Below, piece by piece: positions 37,794 to 47,063 of a DNA stretch of 64,000 bases; position 1 is the stretch's first letter, and the number at the start of each line of letters is the position of its first letter. The stretch is from Candidatus Omnitrophota bacterium (lineage in GTDB: Bacteria; CAIJMQ01). Below the pieces are notes generated by a model. That model was not told the origin of the DNA, made no database searches, and was given only the letters and a program-made list of their open reading frames with translations. The stretch spans positions 145,955 to 209,954 of the forward strand of contig JAHJCU010000005.1 of the NCBI GenBank assembly GCA_018812925.1, written 5' to 3'. The position numbers and the translations under genes were made by a program.

Positions 37794-38879
37794 TTGAGCA
37801 ATAAGATAATAATAGCGGTTGGCTCCACAGGTGGGCATTTTTTCCCAGGTTTGAGAATAGCCTGCCATGCAAGAGAAAAATATGGCATAGAGTCCATATT
37901 TTTAGGTCCTATAAAATCAAAATTTCAAACCATACTTAAAGCTGAAAATTTCCCATTTGTTAACCTTTCTATTTCTCAGGCCAAAAAAAACATAATTACA
38001 ACAATTTTTATTTATTATATGACTATGGTCAGAGCAATTGTTAAATCTTTTATCTTTCTTTGTCGTGCAAGGCCAAAACTTGTAATAGGAATGGGAAGCT
38101 TCGGAAGCTTTCCTGCTTGTATATCCGCTTATTTGTTGAAGGTTCCTTTATTCTTACATGAACAAAATATAATCCCCGGTAAAGCTAATAAATTTTTAGC
38201 TAAATTTTCACACAAGATATTCCTTGCTTTCCCTGGCTCTTCTTTCCATCCTGCGAAAACTTTGGTGGTGGGAAATCCCGTTGTAAAATGCGAATTGGAT
38301 TTAGATAAACAAAACTGTTATAAAAAATTCGGGTTGGATACGGATAAGAAAACTCTGCTTATTTTTGGCGGTTCTCAAGGCGCTTTTTCTTTGAATACTT
38401 GGGTTGTGAATATATTGCCTCAAATCGCAAATTTTAAAAATTGGCAGGTAATTCATATTGCAGGGGACGCGGATTGCAAAAGAGTTAAAGGCAAATATAT
38501 TAATTCTAAAATACATTCTATTGTTTTACCTTTTTTATTTCCGATGGATTGCGCCTATTTGATATCGGATTTGGCAATTGCAAGAGGCGGAGCACTTTCC
38601 CTTTCCGAGCTTTCTTTCTGGGGGATTGCGTCTTTGATAGTGCCTTACTCTTATGCTAAAGATAACCATCAGGAATATAACGCTTTCTACTTTCAAAAAA
38701 AGGGGGGAGCACATCTCTTAAAAACAACAGACGTCCAAAACGGTCGCATTCCCAAAATTTTACAAGAATTATTAAAAGATTCCAATAAACTTGAACAGAT
38801 GGGTAAGAAAATGAAGGGAATAATGCGAAACGATGCTTTAGAAAGAATATGCGAGGAAATATACAAAAAATACCAATGA
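37794..38879 (+). CDS. murG: Lipid II GlcNAc transferase MurG
   Basis: GSTGGHFFP, HEQN, GNP, GGSQGA, RGGA and HQEYNA. Confidence 0.96.
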   Translation: MSNKIIIAVGSTGGHFFPGLRIACHAREKYGIESIFLGPIKSKFQTILKAENFPFVNLSISQAKKNIITTIFIYYMTMVRAIVKSFIFLCRARPKLVIGMGSFGSFPACISAYLLKVPLFLHEQNIIPGKANKFLAKFSHKIFLAFPGSSFHPAKTLVVGNPVVKCELDLDKQNCYKKFGLDTDKKTLLIFGGSQGAFSLNTWVVNILPQIANFKNWQVIHIAGDADCKRVKGKYINSKIHSIVLPFLFPMDCAYLISDLAIARGGALSLSELSFWGIASLIVPYSYAKDNHQEYNAFYFQKKGGAHLLKTTDVQNGRIPKILQELLKDSNKLEQMGKKMKGIMRNDALERICEEIYKKYQ

Positions 38880-40276
38880 CAGCTAATCAATTATCAGTAA
38901 ATAATTATAAATTAAGAGGTCCAATTCACTTCATTGGTATAGGTGGATGTTCTATGAGTGGAATTGCGTATATTCTTTTCAAGAAAGGATATAAGGTCCA
39001 AGGGGCAGATTTGCAGGAAAATTCATATACAAAAAGACTTACGGAATTAGGAATAAAAGTTTATATCGGACATAAGAAGGATAATATTAAAGATGCGAAG
39101 GAAATAGTTTATTCCAACGCTGTTTCTTGTGGCAACGAAGAACTTGTACTCGCTAAACAAAAAGGATTGGAGATTTTTCCCAGAGGTCAGATATTGGCAA
39201 GTCTGATGAACAGTAGCGCAGGGATTGCCATTTGCGGCAGTCATGGCAAAACAACCACATCTTCCCTAATATCTTTTCTATTTTTACGCGCAGGACTTGA
39301 GCCCACGTTTATTGTAGGCGGCAATGTGATAGATTTAGACACGAATGCGCATGTCGGTAAAAGCGAATTATTTATAGCCGAAGCCGACGAATCTGACGGT
39401 TCATTTTTAATGTTATCTCCTCTATTCGAAATAATTACCAATATAGAAGAAGAACATCTGGATTATTATAAAAATTTCGAGAATCTCAAAAATGCTTTTT
39501 TGAAATACATTCATAATATAAAAAACGGCGGTTCGCTTATAGCAGGAGGAGATGACGAAATCGTAAAAAATATTTTAATGTCGCATAAGAAAAATATTAA
39601 GGCACAAATTATAACTTATGGCATATGTCCGACTAATTTGATTTATGCGTCCAATATCCATACTGATAACGGTAAAACGTGTTTTGAAGTTAATTTCAAA
39701 GGTAAAAATTTAGGCAAAATAAAAATGTCTTTATTGGGGATTCATAATGTAAAAAACGCTCTTGCTTGTATAGCAGTCGGGCTATTAAACGGAATTAAAT
39801 TCAAAGAAATAGCAGAAATATTACCCGGATTCAGAGGTGTAAGTCGAAGATTCCAGATAAAAGGCAGATACAAGGGTGCCTTAATTGTGGATGATTATGC
39901 TCATCATCCTACCGAAATAAAAGCCGCAATCCAAATGGTTGAAGAGTTGAAACCGAAGAGAACAATAGCCATATTTCAGCCGCACCGATATACAAGAACG
40001 CAGTATTTTGTTCGCGAATTTGCCAAAGCTTTAAAAAAGGTCGATGTCCCGATTCTTATACCTATTTATGCCGCAAGTGAAAAACCAATACCAGGAGTCA
40101 CTTCGCGACTTATTTGCGAGCATTTGGAAAAACTAGGGACGCCTGCCTTGCATTTTGAAAACAAAAAAGAAGTGGTTGCTTATCTGAAAAAGACAATTCA
40201 ACCTAATGATATTGTTTTAACCGTAGGCGCAGGAGATGTGTACAAAATAGGTGAGGAATTGTTGGGGAAAAATTGA
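38876..40276 (+). CDS. murC: UDP-MurNAc--L-alanine ligase
   Basis: HFIGIGGCSMSG, GSHGKTTT, EADESDGSF, DDYAHHPTE and FQPHRYTR. ATGA overlap with murG. Confidence 0.97.
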   Translation: MTANQLSVNNYKLRGPIHFIGIGGCSMSGIAYILFKKGYKVQGADLQENSYTKRLTELGIKVYIGHKKDNIKDAKEIVYSNAVSCGNEELVLAKQKGLEIFPRGQILASLMNSSAGIAICGSHGKTTTSSLISFLFLRAGLEPTFIVGGNVIDLDTNAHVGKSELFIAEADESDGSFLMLSPLFEIITNIEEEHLDYYKNFENLKNAFLKYIHNIKNGGSLIAGGDDEIVKNILMSHKKNIKAQIITYGICPTNLIYASNIHTDNGKTCFEVNFKGKNLGKIKMSLLGIHNVKNALACIAVGLLNGIKFKEIAEILPGFRGVSRRFQIKGRYKGALIVDDYAHHPTEIKAAIQMVEELKPKRTIAIFQPHRYTRTQYFVREFAKALKKVDVPILIPIYAASEKPIPGVTSRLICEHLEKLGTPALHFENKKEVVAYLKKTIQPNDIVLTVGAGDVYKIGEELLGKN

Positions 40277-40281
40277 AATTT

Positions 40282-41376
40282 TCAGATTTTAGCAAAAAAC
40301 TTTCCGGGTAATTGTTTTACAATTCCTTTTAGTTCCAGTGATAATAGCACAGACAATGCTTCCGAGGAACTCATTTTAGTTTCTTTGATAATCTCTTCGA
40401 TCTGTGCTGGCTCAGAAGAGAGCAAGTTATAGATTTTATTTTCTTTTTCTTCCAATTTTATTTTTGGTTTTTCTTCTGTTTTCTCTTGTGTCTGCCAATC
40501 TATTTGGGGCATAAGTTCGGATGTAATATCCGTCCATCTAGTAACAAGTTTAGTTCCGTCTTGAATGAGTCTATGTGTTCCTTGAGTGTATTTAGAATCA
40601 ATTTTCCCGGGTATGGCAAATACATCTCTACCTTGTTCTAATGCAAGATTCGCGGTAATTATCGCCCCGCTTTTCTCGCCCGCTTCGACGACAACTACAC
40701 CTAAAGATAATCCCGATATTATTCTATTTCTTCTTGGGAAATTAAATCTATCGGGCGCAGTATTCATTGGAAATTCGGAAACCAAAACCCCGCTTTGTGC
40801 TATTTCTTCGGATAATTTTTTGTTTTCTCTCGGATATATAAAATTTAATCCGCTTCCTAAAACCGCAATAGTTCTTCCCTTTTTCTTTAAAGCGCTCTGA
40901 TGTGCTGATGTATCTATCCCCCGCGCCATTCCGCTAACTATAGTGAAGCCGGCTTGAGTCAAATTGCCTGCTAATTCCGATGTTATGCTATTACCGTAAT
41001 AAGTTGCTTTTCTTGTTCCGACAATGGCTATGGGCATTTTATAATCTTGCTCTTGAAATTTTCCCTTTACATATAAGAGTAGGGGGAAAGAAGAAATATT
41101 TTTAAGAAGAGGGGGATAATCCGAATCTTGAAAAGTAATAATTTCAATACCTAATTTTTCTATCAGGGAAATTTCCTGTTTTAGGTCTAACCATTTCTCT
41201 TTATTCCTTATTTTTTCTATTAAGTCTGTTCCGATTCCCCCAACAGATGCAAGCTCTTGGTCTGTTGCTTTAAATATGTTTTCCGGCGAACCAAACCTGT
41301 CAAGAAGAGCTTTGCCTTTTACCGGTCCAAGACCTTGAATTGCATTAAGATAAAGCCAGCTTTCAATGTTTTTCAT
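40282..41376 (-). CDS. dprA: DNA-processing protein DprA
   Basis: AIVGTR, VSGMARGID, FPRRNRIISGLS, VVEA..SGA.IT and C-terminal LELKG winged helix. Confidence 0.97.
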   Translation of the reverse strand: MKNIESWLYLNAIQGLGPVKGKALLDRFGSPENIFKATDQELASVGGIGTDLIEKIRNKEKWLDLKQEISLIEKLGIEIITFQDSDYPPLLKNISSFPLLLYVKGKFQEQDYKMPIAIVGTRKATYYGNSITSELAGNLTQAGFTIVSGMARGIDTSAHQSALKKKGRTIAVLGSGLNFIYPRENKKLSEEIAQSGVLVSEFPMNTAPDRFNFPRRNRIISGLSLGVVVVEAGEKSGAIITANLALEQGRDVFAIPGKIDSKYTQGTHRLIQDGTKLVTRWTDITSELMPQIDWQTQEKTEEKPKIKLEEKENKIYNLLSSEPAQIEEIIKETKMSSSEALSVLLSLELKGIVKQLPGKFFAKI

Positions 41377-41414
41377 TTTAGAATTTATACTTATTTCTCA
41401 TTTAAACATAATTT

Positions 41415-42413
41415 CTAATGAGATAAATTTGGTTTTGCGTCCAGAGTCAAAGAAGAGGTTTTGCCTTTTTTAAACATCCAATAAGCCAAACCCGCAATCA
41501 TTGCGGCGTTGTCCGTACATAATTTAAGTTGATTCGGAAAATAGACTTTTAAGTTATTTTTATTTGCCTCCTGTTGCATTTTAAAGCGTATTCTTGAATT
41601 TGCGGCAACACCGCCGCCTACGATTATTGTATTTGTTTTTTTGTATTCCGCGGCAAGAATAGTTTTTTTAACGAGCGCATCAGCTATTGCTTCCTGAAAG
41701 CTTGCGGCTATATCGGGGAGTTCTTTTTTTGTGATTTTTCCTCTTTTTTCCACATATCTTGAAAGTGAGGTTTTGAGTCCCGAAAAACTAAAATCGAAAG
41801 GATTTTTCATTTTAGCGCGAGGAAATTTTATTGCGGAAAGATTGCCTTTTTTGCTTATTCTGTCTATAACAGGCCCGCCGGGATAACCTAATTTTAAGAT
41901 TTGTGCTCCCTTATCAAATGCTTCTCCGCAAGCGTCGTCTCTTGTTTGTCCAAGAAAAGAATAGGTCAGAAAATCTTTAACATAAAAAAGCGAAGTGTGC
42001 CCTCCGGAAATTACCAAGCCGATATACGGGAACTTTATTTTAGAATCTTCCAGAAAATTTGCGTAAAGATGGGCTTGGATATGATTTACTCCGATAAGCG
42101 GAATGGATAAAGCATATGAGAGCGCCTTTGCAAATTCGACGCCTATTAACAATGAACCTGCAAGTCCGGGCCCGTATGTTACTGCTATTGCGTCTATTTT
42201 GTTTAGCTGGATATTTGCTTTATCAAGTGCTTCTCTTACGACCCAACCTATGCTTTCTAATTGTTCACGCGATGCAAGTTCGGGGACGATACCGCCAAAA
42301 GGAGCGTGAATTTCGTCTTGGGAAGTTATTATATTAGATATAATTGTTTTTCCGTCTTTTACAATTGAAGCGGACGTTTCGTCGCAGGACGTTTCTATTC
42401 CAAGTATTAACAT
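41415..42413 (-). CDS. tsaD: tRNA N6-adenosine threonylcarbamoyltransferase TsaD
   Basis: LGIETSCDET, GGIVPELASR, HIQAH, SGGHT, FSFSGLK and DNAAMI. Confidence 0.98.
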   Translation of the reverse strand: MLILGIETSCDETSASIVKDGKTIISNIITSQDEIHAPFGGIVPELASREQLESIGWVVREALDKANIQLNKIDAIAVTYGPGLAGSLLIGVEFAKALSYALSIPLIGVNHIQAHLYANFLEDSKIKFPYIGLVISGGHTSLFYVKDFLTYSFLGQTRDDACGEAFDKGAQILKLGYPGGPVIDRISKKGNLSAIKFPRAKMKNPFDFSFSGLKTSLSRYVEKRGKITKKELPDIAASFQEAIADALVKKTILAAEYKKTNTIIVGGGVAANSRIRFKMQQEANKNNLKVYFPNQLKLCTDNAAMIAGLAYWMFKKGKTSSLTLDAKPNLSH

Positions 42414-42472
42414 ATTTTAACTATAGGTTGTCGGTTTTAGGTGTTCGGTGTTCGGTAAAGAACAAAAGCATA

Positions 42473-43048
42473 TTAATAACTATCTCTCCACAGTTTGTTT
42501 TCATCCCAACTATTTATATCGTCAGCATTATGTCCTAAACCTGTGAGTTTATCTTTACCTTTAGAGTAAATGTAATAGGGGAGTTCAGGAACCTTGTCTC
42601 CTATTAAAAAGCCCACTTGTTTATTAGTTCCGTCAATATCAGATCTATTATTAGTGTAATAGTAATATTCTCCACAAGGGTCTTTTTCTATGTCTTTTAT
42701 GTATGGACCATGCCATTTAGAATCACCAGTAATATCTGAATCGGGAATAGAAGCATTAGGTTGTTTACCTGTGAGCCTCCAAATCAAGACATCTATAGAT
42801 ACCCAATCAGAATGGGAATTTTCAGGATATTTCCCAGTATCATTTTCATACATAGCAATAGCATTTTCTATTGCAGCAATGTCTGCTTCTGCTCTAACCA
42901 TTTTGAATACTGGACGTGGTGTGCAAGTTGGGATAATAATTATCAAAAGTATTACGACAGCTGATAAAAGAACTAGCCGTAAAATAATATCCAAAAAGAA
43001 AGAGAGCCATTTGTTTTTAAGTGTAAATCTCAAATTTTTCATCTTCAT
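42473..43048 (-). CDS. GspG/PulG-like pseudopilin domain protein (degenerate prepilin N-terminus)
   Basis: AI..YENDTG.YP, WHGPY...DPCG..YYY and YIYS.G.D....ADDI.SW; no canonical G|FTLIE motif. Confidence 0.75.
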   Translation of the reverse strand: MKMKNLRFTLKNKWLSFFLDIILRLVLLSAVVILLIIIIPTCTPRPVFKMVRAEADIAAIENAIAMYENDTGKYPENSHSDWVSIDVLIWRLTGKQPNASIPDSDITGDSKWHGPYIKDIEKDPCGEYYYYTNNRSDIDGTNKQVGFLIGDKVPELPYYIYSKGKDKLTGLGHNADDINSWDENKLWRDSY

Positions 43049-43093
43049 TTTTAAAGTTCCGCTAACCGCAAACCGTTATTTTATTTAACGTTT

Positions 43094-44179
43094 TTATTGT
43101 TCCAACAGTTCCGAAACAGGAACTATTTTAATTCCTTCGGCTTCTATTTTAGGGAGCGCTTTTTTAAGGGCGTTTAATGTTGCGCGTCCGGGATGCGCTA
43201 TCCCTACGGCTTGTCCGTTTGATAATGCTTGAGAAATCAATTCATCAATTTGTTGGGCTATATATTCTTCGTCTTTTTCATTGTCGAGAAATATATCTCT
43301 TTGAAGATATTTCAATTCTTTTGCGAGTGCTATTTTTTTTGCGCTGGGATTGGATGTTGTAACACTATTAACAAAAAACATTTCTTCTTTTTTTATAATA
43401 TCTAACAATTCAGATATTATTTCCTCTTGCCCCATACCTTTGGAACCTTCATGATTATTGACTCCTACGGCGTAAGGAACTGTCTTTAAGTTTTGCATAA
43501 AAGTAGATTTAATTTCTTCTTTATTCATCCCTTCGGTAATTAATCCCTGAATTGTATTGCGATTAGTATATATGGATTGGAGAGGTTGGTGTAACAGCAC
43601 TTCAAATCCCAATTCGTGAGCTAATTCGGCAATTTTTTGCGAAGCGTTCTGATGAGGAAGAATTGAAATTGTTAATGGATAAGAAAGTTTTAATATTTCT
43701 TTTTCTATTTCTCTTCCATATCCCATATCGTCGATTATTATAGAGATTTTGGGAATATTGTCTTTACTTATAACCAGAGAATGTGTGGTAATATCCCCTT
43801 TGCCTAATGATATTTGCAGTTGTTTACCGTCTTTAAGAAAATTATAGGATAGTATCTCTCCGCCTGAGTGTTTTATGTTTTTTTCTATAATCTTCAGAGC
43901 TTCATTTAACGATATAGATTGTTTGACTACAAATTCTTCGTGGACTTGCATCCATTTTTCTTTCCCGTTTAAGGATTTTTCTTCCCAATATTTCTTGACT
44001 ATATTTTCTTCTGTTATGCCTAAAGTGATAAAAGATTTATTCAGAGAGTCTTCTACTAAAGAGGATAATGATGCTTCTTTGGTTGGATATGTTTTTTTAT
44101 GATTTAGTATCCCCCAGATGCTTGCTCCTAGGATTAACAACGCTAAAAGCCCGAATATTAAAACTTTTTTGTTACCCAT
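43094..44179 (-). CDS. Divergent polysaccharide deacetylase family protein
   Basis: IIIDDMG, LLHQP, GVNNHEGS, RDIFLDN and GIAHP; typical neighbour of ctpA. Confidence 0.9.
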   Translation of the reverse strand: MGNKKVLIFGLLALLILGASIWGILNHKKTYPTKEASLSSLVEDSLNKSFITLGITEENIVKKYWEEKSLNGKEKWMQVHEEFVVKQSISLNEALKIIEKNIKHSGGEILSYNFLKDGKQLQISLGKGDITTHSLVISKDNIPKISIIIDDMGYGREIEKEILKLSYPLTISILPHQNASQKIAELAHELGFEVLLHQPLQSIYTNRNTIQGLITEGMNKEEIKSTFMQNLKTVPYAVGVNNHEGSKGMGQEEIISELLDIIKKEEMFFVNSVTTSNPSAKKIALAKELKYLQRDIFLDNEKDEEYIAQQIDELISQALSNGQAVGIAHPGRATLNALKKALPKIEAEGIKIVPVSELLEQ

Positions 44180-44187
44180 TTTAAAAA

Positions 44188-44310
44188 TCAGAAGACAGAT
44201 GTCAGGTATCAGAAGTCAGATATCAGAAAACAGAATTCAGATTCTTTCTGTCTCTTCTTAACTGTTATCTATCTTCTGTCCTCTGTCCGCTGTTCTCTGT
44301 CTTCTGTTTT
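44188..44310. repeat. Palindromic heptamer element (CAGA / TCTG family) overlapping the ctpA stop
   Basis: agacaga-tgtcagg-tatcaga-agtcaga-tatcaga-aaacaga-attcaga, then tcttctg-tcctctg-tccgctg-ttctctg-tcttctg. Confidence 0.85.
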
Positions 44311-45636
44311 TCCTTCCAGATAATCAACCGCTTTCTGCAACTGTGGGTCTTTTTGAACGTCTTCTTTTTTATATTCCGCAAGCGATTCCCGAATCAATTT
44401 CCTTTCCTCTTTTGAGATTTCCACTTCTATATCGGGTTGGATTCCTTTGCTTTCTATGGGTTTGCCTCTGGGTATATAATTTGGGATATCTTCTTTTTTA
44501 TATTCCGCAAGGGATTCCCGAATCAGTTTCCTTTCTTCTTTTGAGATTGCTACTTCTATATCGGGTGCTATTCCTTTACCTTCTATACATTCGCCTCGGG
44601 GGATATAATAATGTGCGGTGGTGAGTCTCAAGGCATAATCTTTATCAAGCTCGATTATGGATTGAACGGAACCTTTTCCAAAAGTTTTTGTTCCTATGAT
44701 TACGGCTCTATTGTCATCTTTCAGCGCTCCTGCCACTATCTCAGAAGCGCTGGCGCTTCCTTCGTTTACTAATATAACAATACTTTTATTTATAGGAAAA
44801 AGCGGTTCGAAGCGAGAATAATATTTTCTTTCATCTTTGCTGTCTCTTCCTTGTGTATAAACAATTAATTCTCCTTTTGGCAGAAAAAGGTCGGATACTT
44901 GAATTGATGCATCAAGCAATCCGCCGGGGTTATTTCTTAAATCTAATATAAGAGAATTTGCTCCATTTTTTAATAGCTCTGCTATCGATTCTTTGAGCAG
45001 GTTAACAGTATCTTCTCTGAAAGCAGTAATGCGAACATAGCCAATTTTGTCCTTTATTATATTTGCATCTTTGACACTTTTTATATGAATGACTTCTCTT
45101 TCAAGCTCAAATGTAAGCAGGTCTTCTTCTCCTTCTCGCCAAACTTTGATTGTTACTTTTGTCCCCGGTTTGCCTCTTAATTGTTGCGCTGCTTTCCATG
45201 TGGATAATCCCTTGGTCGGCTCGCCATCGATATCAACAATTTTATCTCCGGATTCTATACCTGCGCGAAAAGCCGGAGTATCTTCAATTGGAGAAATTAC
45301 GGTAATTATATTGTCCTGAAGAGTTATTACCATCCCCACGCCTTCTAATTCCCCTTTTGTTTCGACTTCAAACTCTTTTTTTATTTCAGGCGTCATAAAC
45401 TGGGAATAAGGATCTAGAGAACTTACCATCCCTTCCAAAGAACTATCTATTAGTTCTTTTATCCCAACCTCTTTGACGTGTTTTTGCTGGATAGTTGCTA
45501 TGACTTTGGCTAAAAGTTCCAAATGCGGATAAATTTCTTCTTCTTTTGCAATCGAATTTCCGCGGGGGATATCCCCGATGGAAAACATGAGAATGAGAAA
45601 TGCAAGAAATATCAATACATATCTAATTGACTTCAT
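44269..45636 (-). CDS. ctpA: S41A carboxy-terminal processing protease with a 43-aa C-terminal tandem duplication
   Basis: LDPYS, PDZ domain, LDLRNNPGG, SASASEIVAGA and TFGKGSVQ. Confidence 0.95.
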   Translation of the reverse strand: MKSIRYVLIFLAFLILMFSIGDIPRGNSIAKEEEIYPHLELLAKVIATIQQKHVKEVGIKELIDSSLEGMVSSLDPYSQFMTPEIKKEFEVETKGELEGVGMVITLQDNIITVISPIEDTPAFRAGIESGDKIVDIDGEPTKGLSTWKAAQQLRGKPGTKVTIKVWREGEEDLLTFELEREVIHIKSVKDANIIKDKIGYVRITAFREDTVNLLKESIAELLKNGANSLILDLRNNPGGLLDASIQVSDLFLPKGELIVYTQGRDSKDERKYYSRFEPLFPINKSIVILVNEGSASASEIVAGALKDDNRAVIIGTKTFGKGSVQSIIELDKDYALRLTTAHYYIPRGECIEGKGIAPDIEVAISKEERKLIRESLAEYKKEDIPNYIPRGKPIESKGIQPDIEVEISKEERKLIRESLAEYKKEDVQKDPQLQKAVDYLEGKTEDREQRTEDRR

Positions 45637-45653
45637 CTTTTATCCTTATGCTT

Positions 45654-45747
45654 CCCGCACCAAAATTTCACAGAAATTTCTCTAAAAATTCGCGGGAATT
45701 TCTATAAAATTTCACAGAAATTTCTCCAAAAATCTTGGTGCGGGGGT
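45654..45747. mobile_element. MITE-like element: CCCGCACCAA / TTGGTGCGGG terminal inverted repeats around 11-mer tandem repeats
   Basis: 10-bp perfect TIRs; interior aaatttcacag-aaatttctcta-aaaattcgcgg-gaatttctata-aaatttcacag-aaatttctcca. Confidence 0.7.
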
Positions 45748-45752
45748 AAACT

Positions 45753-45845
45753 TTATTTATTTGTCTTATGTCTATCTCTTTTTCTTCTTTTCTTTAACTT
45801 ATGAGTAGACATCTTTTTTCTTTTTCTCTTTCTACCGCAAGGCAT
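45753..45845 (-). CDS. AURKAIP1/COX24-family small ribosomal protein (bS22/mS38-like), 30 aa; absent from the ORF track
   Basis: Manual translation MPCGRKRKRKKMSTHKLKKRRKRDRHKTNK; strong AAGGAGG SD upstream. Confidence 0.88.
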   Translation of the reverse strand: MPCGRKRKRKKMSTHKLKKRRKRDRHKTNK

Positions 45846-45901
45846 TTTAGCCCTCCTTTTTTTAAATACTCAAAGCAGCATTTGCTTTCTAATTTTTCAA
45901 A

Positions 45902-47020
45902 CTAAGTAAAGTTTTCAAAAAATTTATCCAAAAACCTTTTTCTATGTGGAATATTCTTGTCAGTTTCGAGCTTAGAAAATTCCTGCATAAGCTTTTTCTG
46001 CTCTTTGCTCAAATTGACCGGAGTTTCTATGAGTAATCTAACATACTGATCTCCGCTCCTGCGACCATGAAGATTCGGCATGCCTTTTCCTCTCAAGCGA
46101 AACACTTTGCTGTTTTGCACTCCGTGAGGAATTTGTATTTTGGTTTTCCCATCCAAAGTTGGGATTTCTATTTCTCCACCCAAACAAGCTATTGTTATAG
46201 AAATCGGAATATCTGTGATTATATCATCATCTTTTCTTTGAAAGAAGGGGTCTTCATCAACATGAACAAAAATATAAAGGTCTCCGGAAGAACTACCTTT
46301 TACCGCTCCTTCTCCTTCGCCTTTTATTTTGAGACGAGCGCCGGTATCTACGCCTTTTGGAATATTAGCAGTAATTTTTTGGGATTTTTTAACTTTTCCT
46401 CTTCCGCGACAGCTATTGCAGAGCGTTGTTATTACTGTGCCGGCTCCTGCGCATTTTGGACATGTGCGTCTTATAATTATACCTATAAATCCCTGTTGAA
46501 AAGTGGTTTCGCCCTTTCCGTTGCATTCGGGGCAAGTTTTAACGCTTGTTCCCGGCTCGTGACCTTCGCCTTTACAGTGAGGACAGGTGTCGTTTTTGGA
46601 TATTGTAATTTCTTTGATTATTCCCGTGTATGCTTCTTTTAGAGAAATTTTTAAATCATATCGCAAGTCTGCACTTCTGCGAGTTCTGGAACGAGAGGTT
46701 CCTCCAAAAAATGAACCGAATATATCCTGAAAATCCGTAAAGACATCCGAAGAAAAAATGTCAGAAAAATCGCTAAATCCTCCAAATCCTGCTCCTTTGA
46801 GTCCGACATGTCCGAATTGGTCATACGTTTGTCTTTTTCCCGGGTCTGACAAAACAGCGTATGCTTCCGATATTTCCTTGAATTTATCTTCTGCTTCCTT
46901 GTTGTTAGGATTTCTGTCAGGATGATATTGAAGAGCTGCTTTTCTATAAGTTTTTTTTATCTCGGCTCCTGAAGCGTCACGACTTACGTCCAAAACTTCA
47001 TAATAATCTTTTTTAGTCAT
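45902..47020 (-). CDS. dnaJ: Chaperone DnaJ
   Basis: KDYYEVL, HPD, G/F-rich region and four CxxCxGxG repeats. Confidence 0.98.
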   Translation of the reverse strand: MTKKDYYEVLDVSRDASGAEIKKTYRKAALQYHPDRNPNNKEAEDKFKEISEAYAVLSDPGKRQTYDQFGHVGLKGAGFGGFSDFSDIFSSDVFTDFQDIFGSFFGGTSRSRTRRSADLRYDLKISLKEAYTGIIKEITISKNDTCPHCKGEGHEPGTSVKTCPECNGKGETTFQQGFIGIIIRRTCPKCAGAGTVITTLCNSCRGRGKVKKSQKITANIPKGVDTGARLKIKGEGEGAVKGSSSGDLYIFVHVDEDPFFQRKDDDIITDIPISITIACLGGEIEIPTLDGKTKIQIPHGVQNSKVFRLRGKGMPNLHGRRSGDQYVRLLIETPVNLSKEQKKLMQEFSKLETDKNIPHRKRFLDKFFENFT

Positions 47021-47063
47021 TAGTTTTTATCTTTTCTGAGGATTTAAAAGCGGAATATAACTT

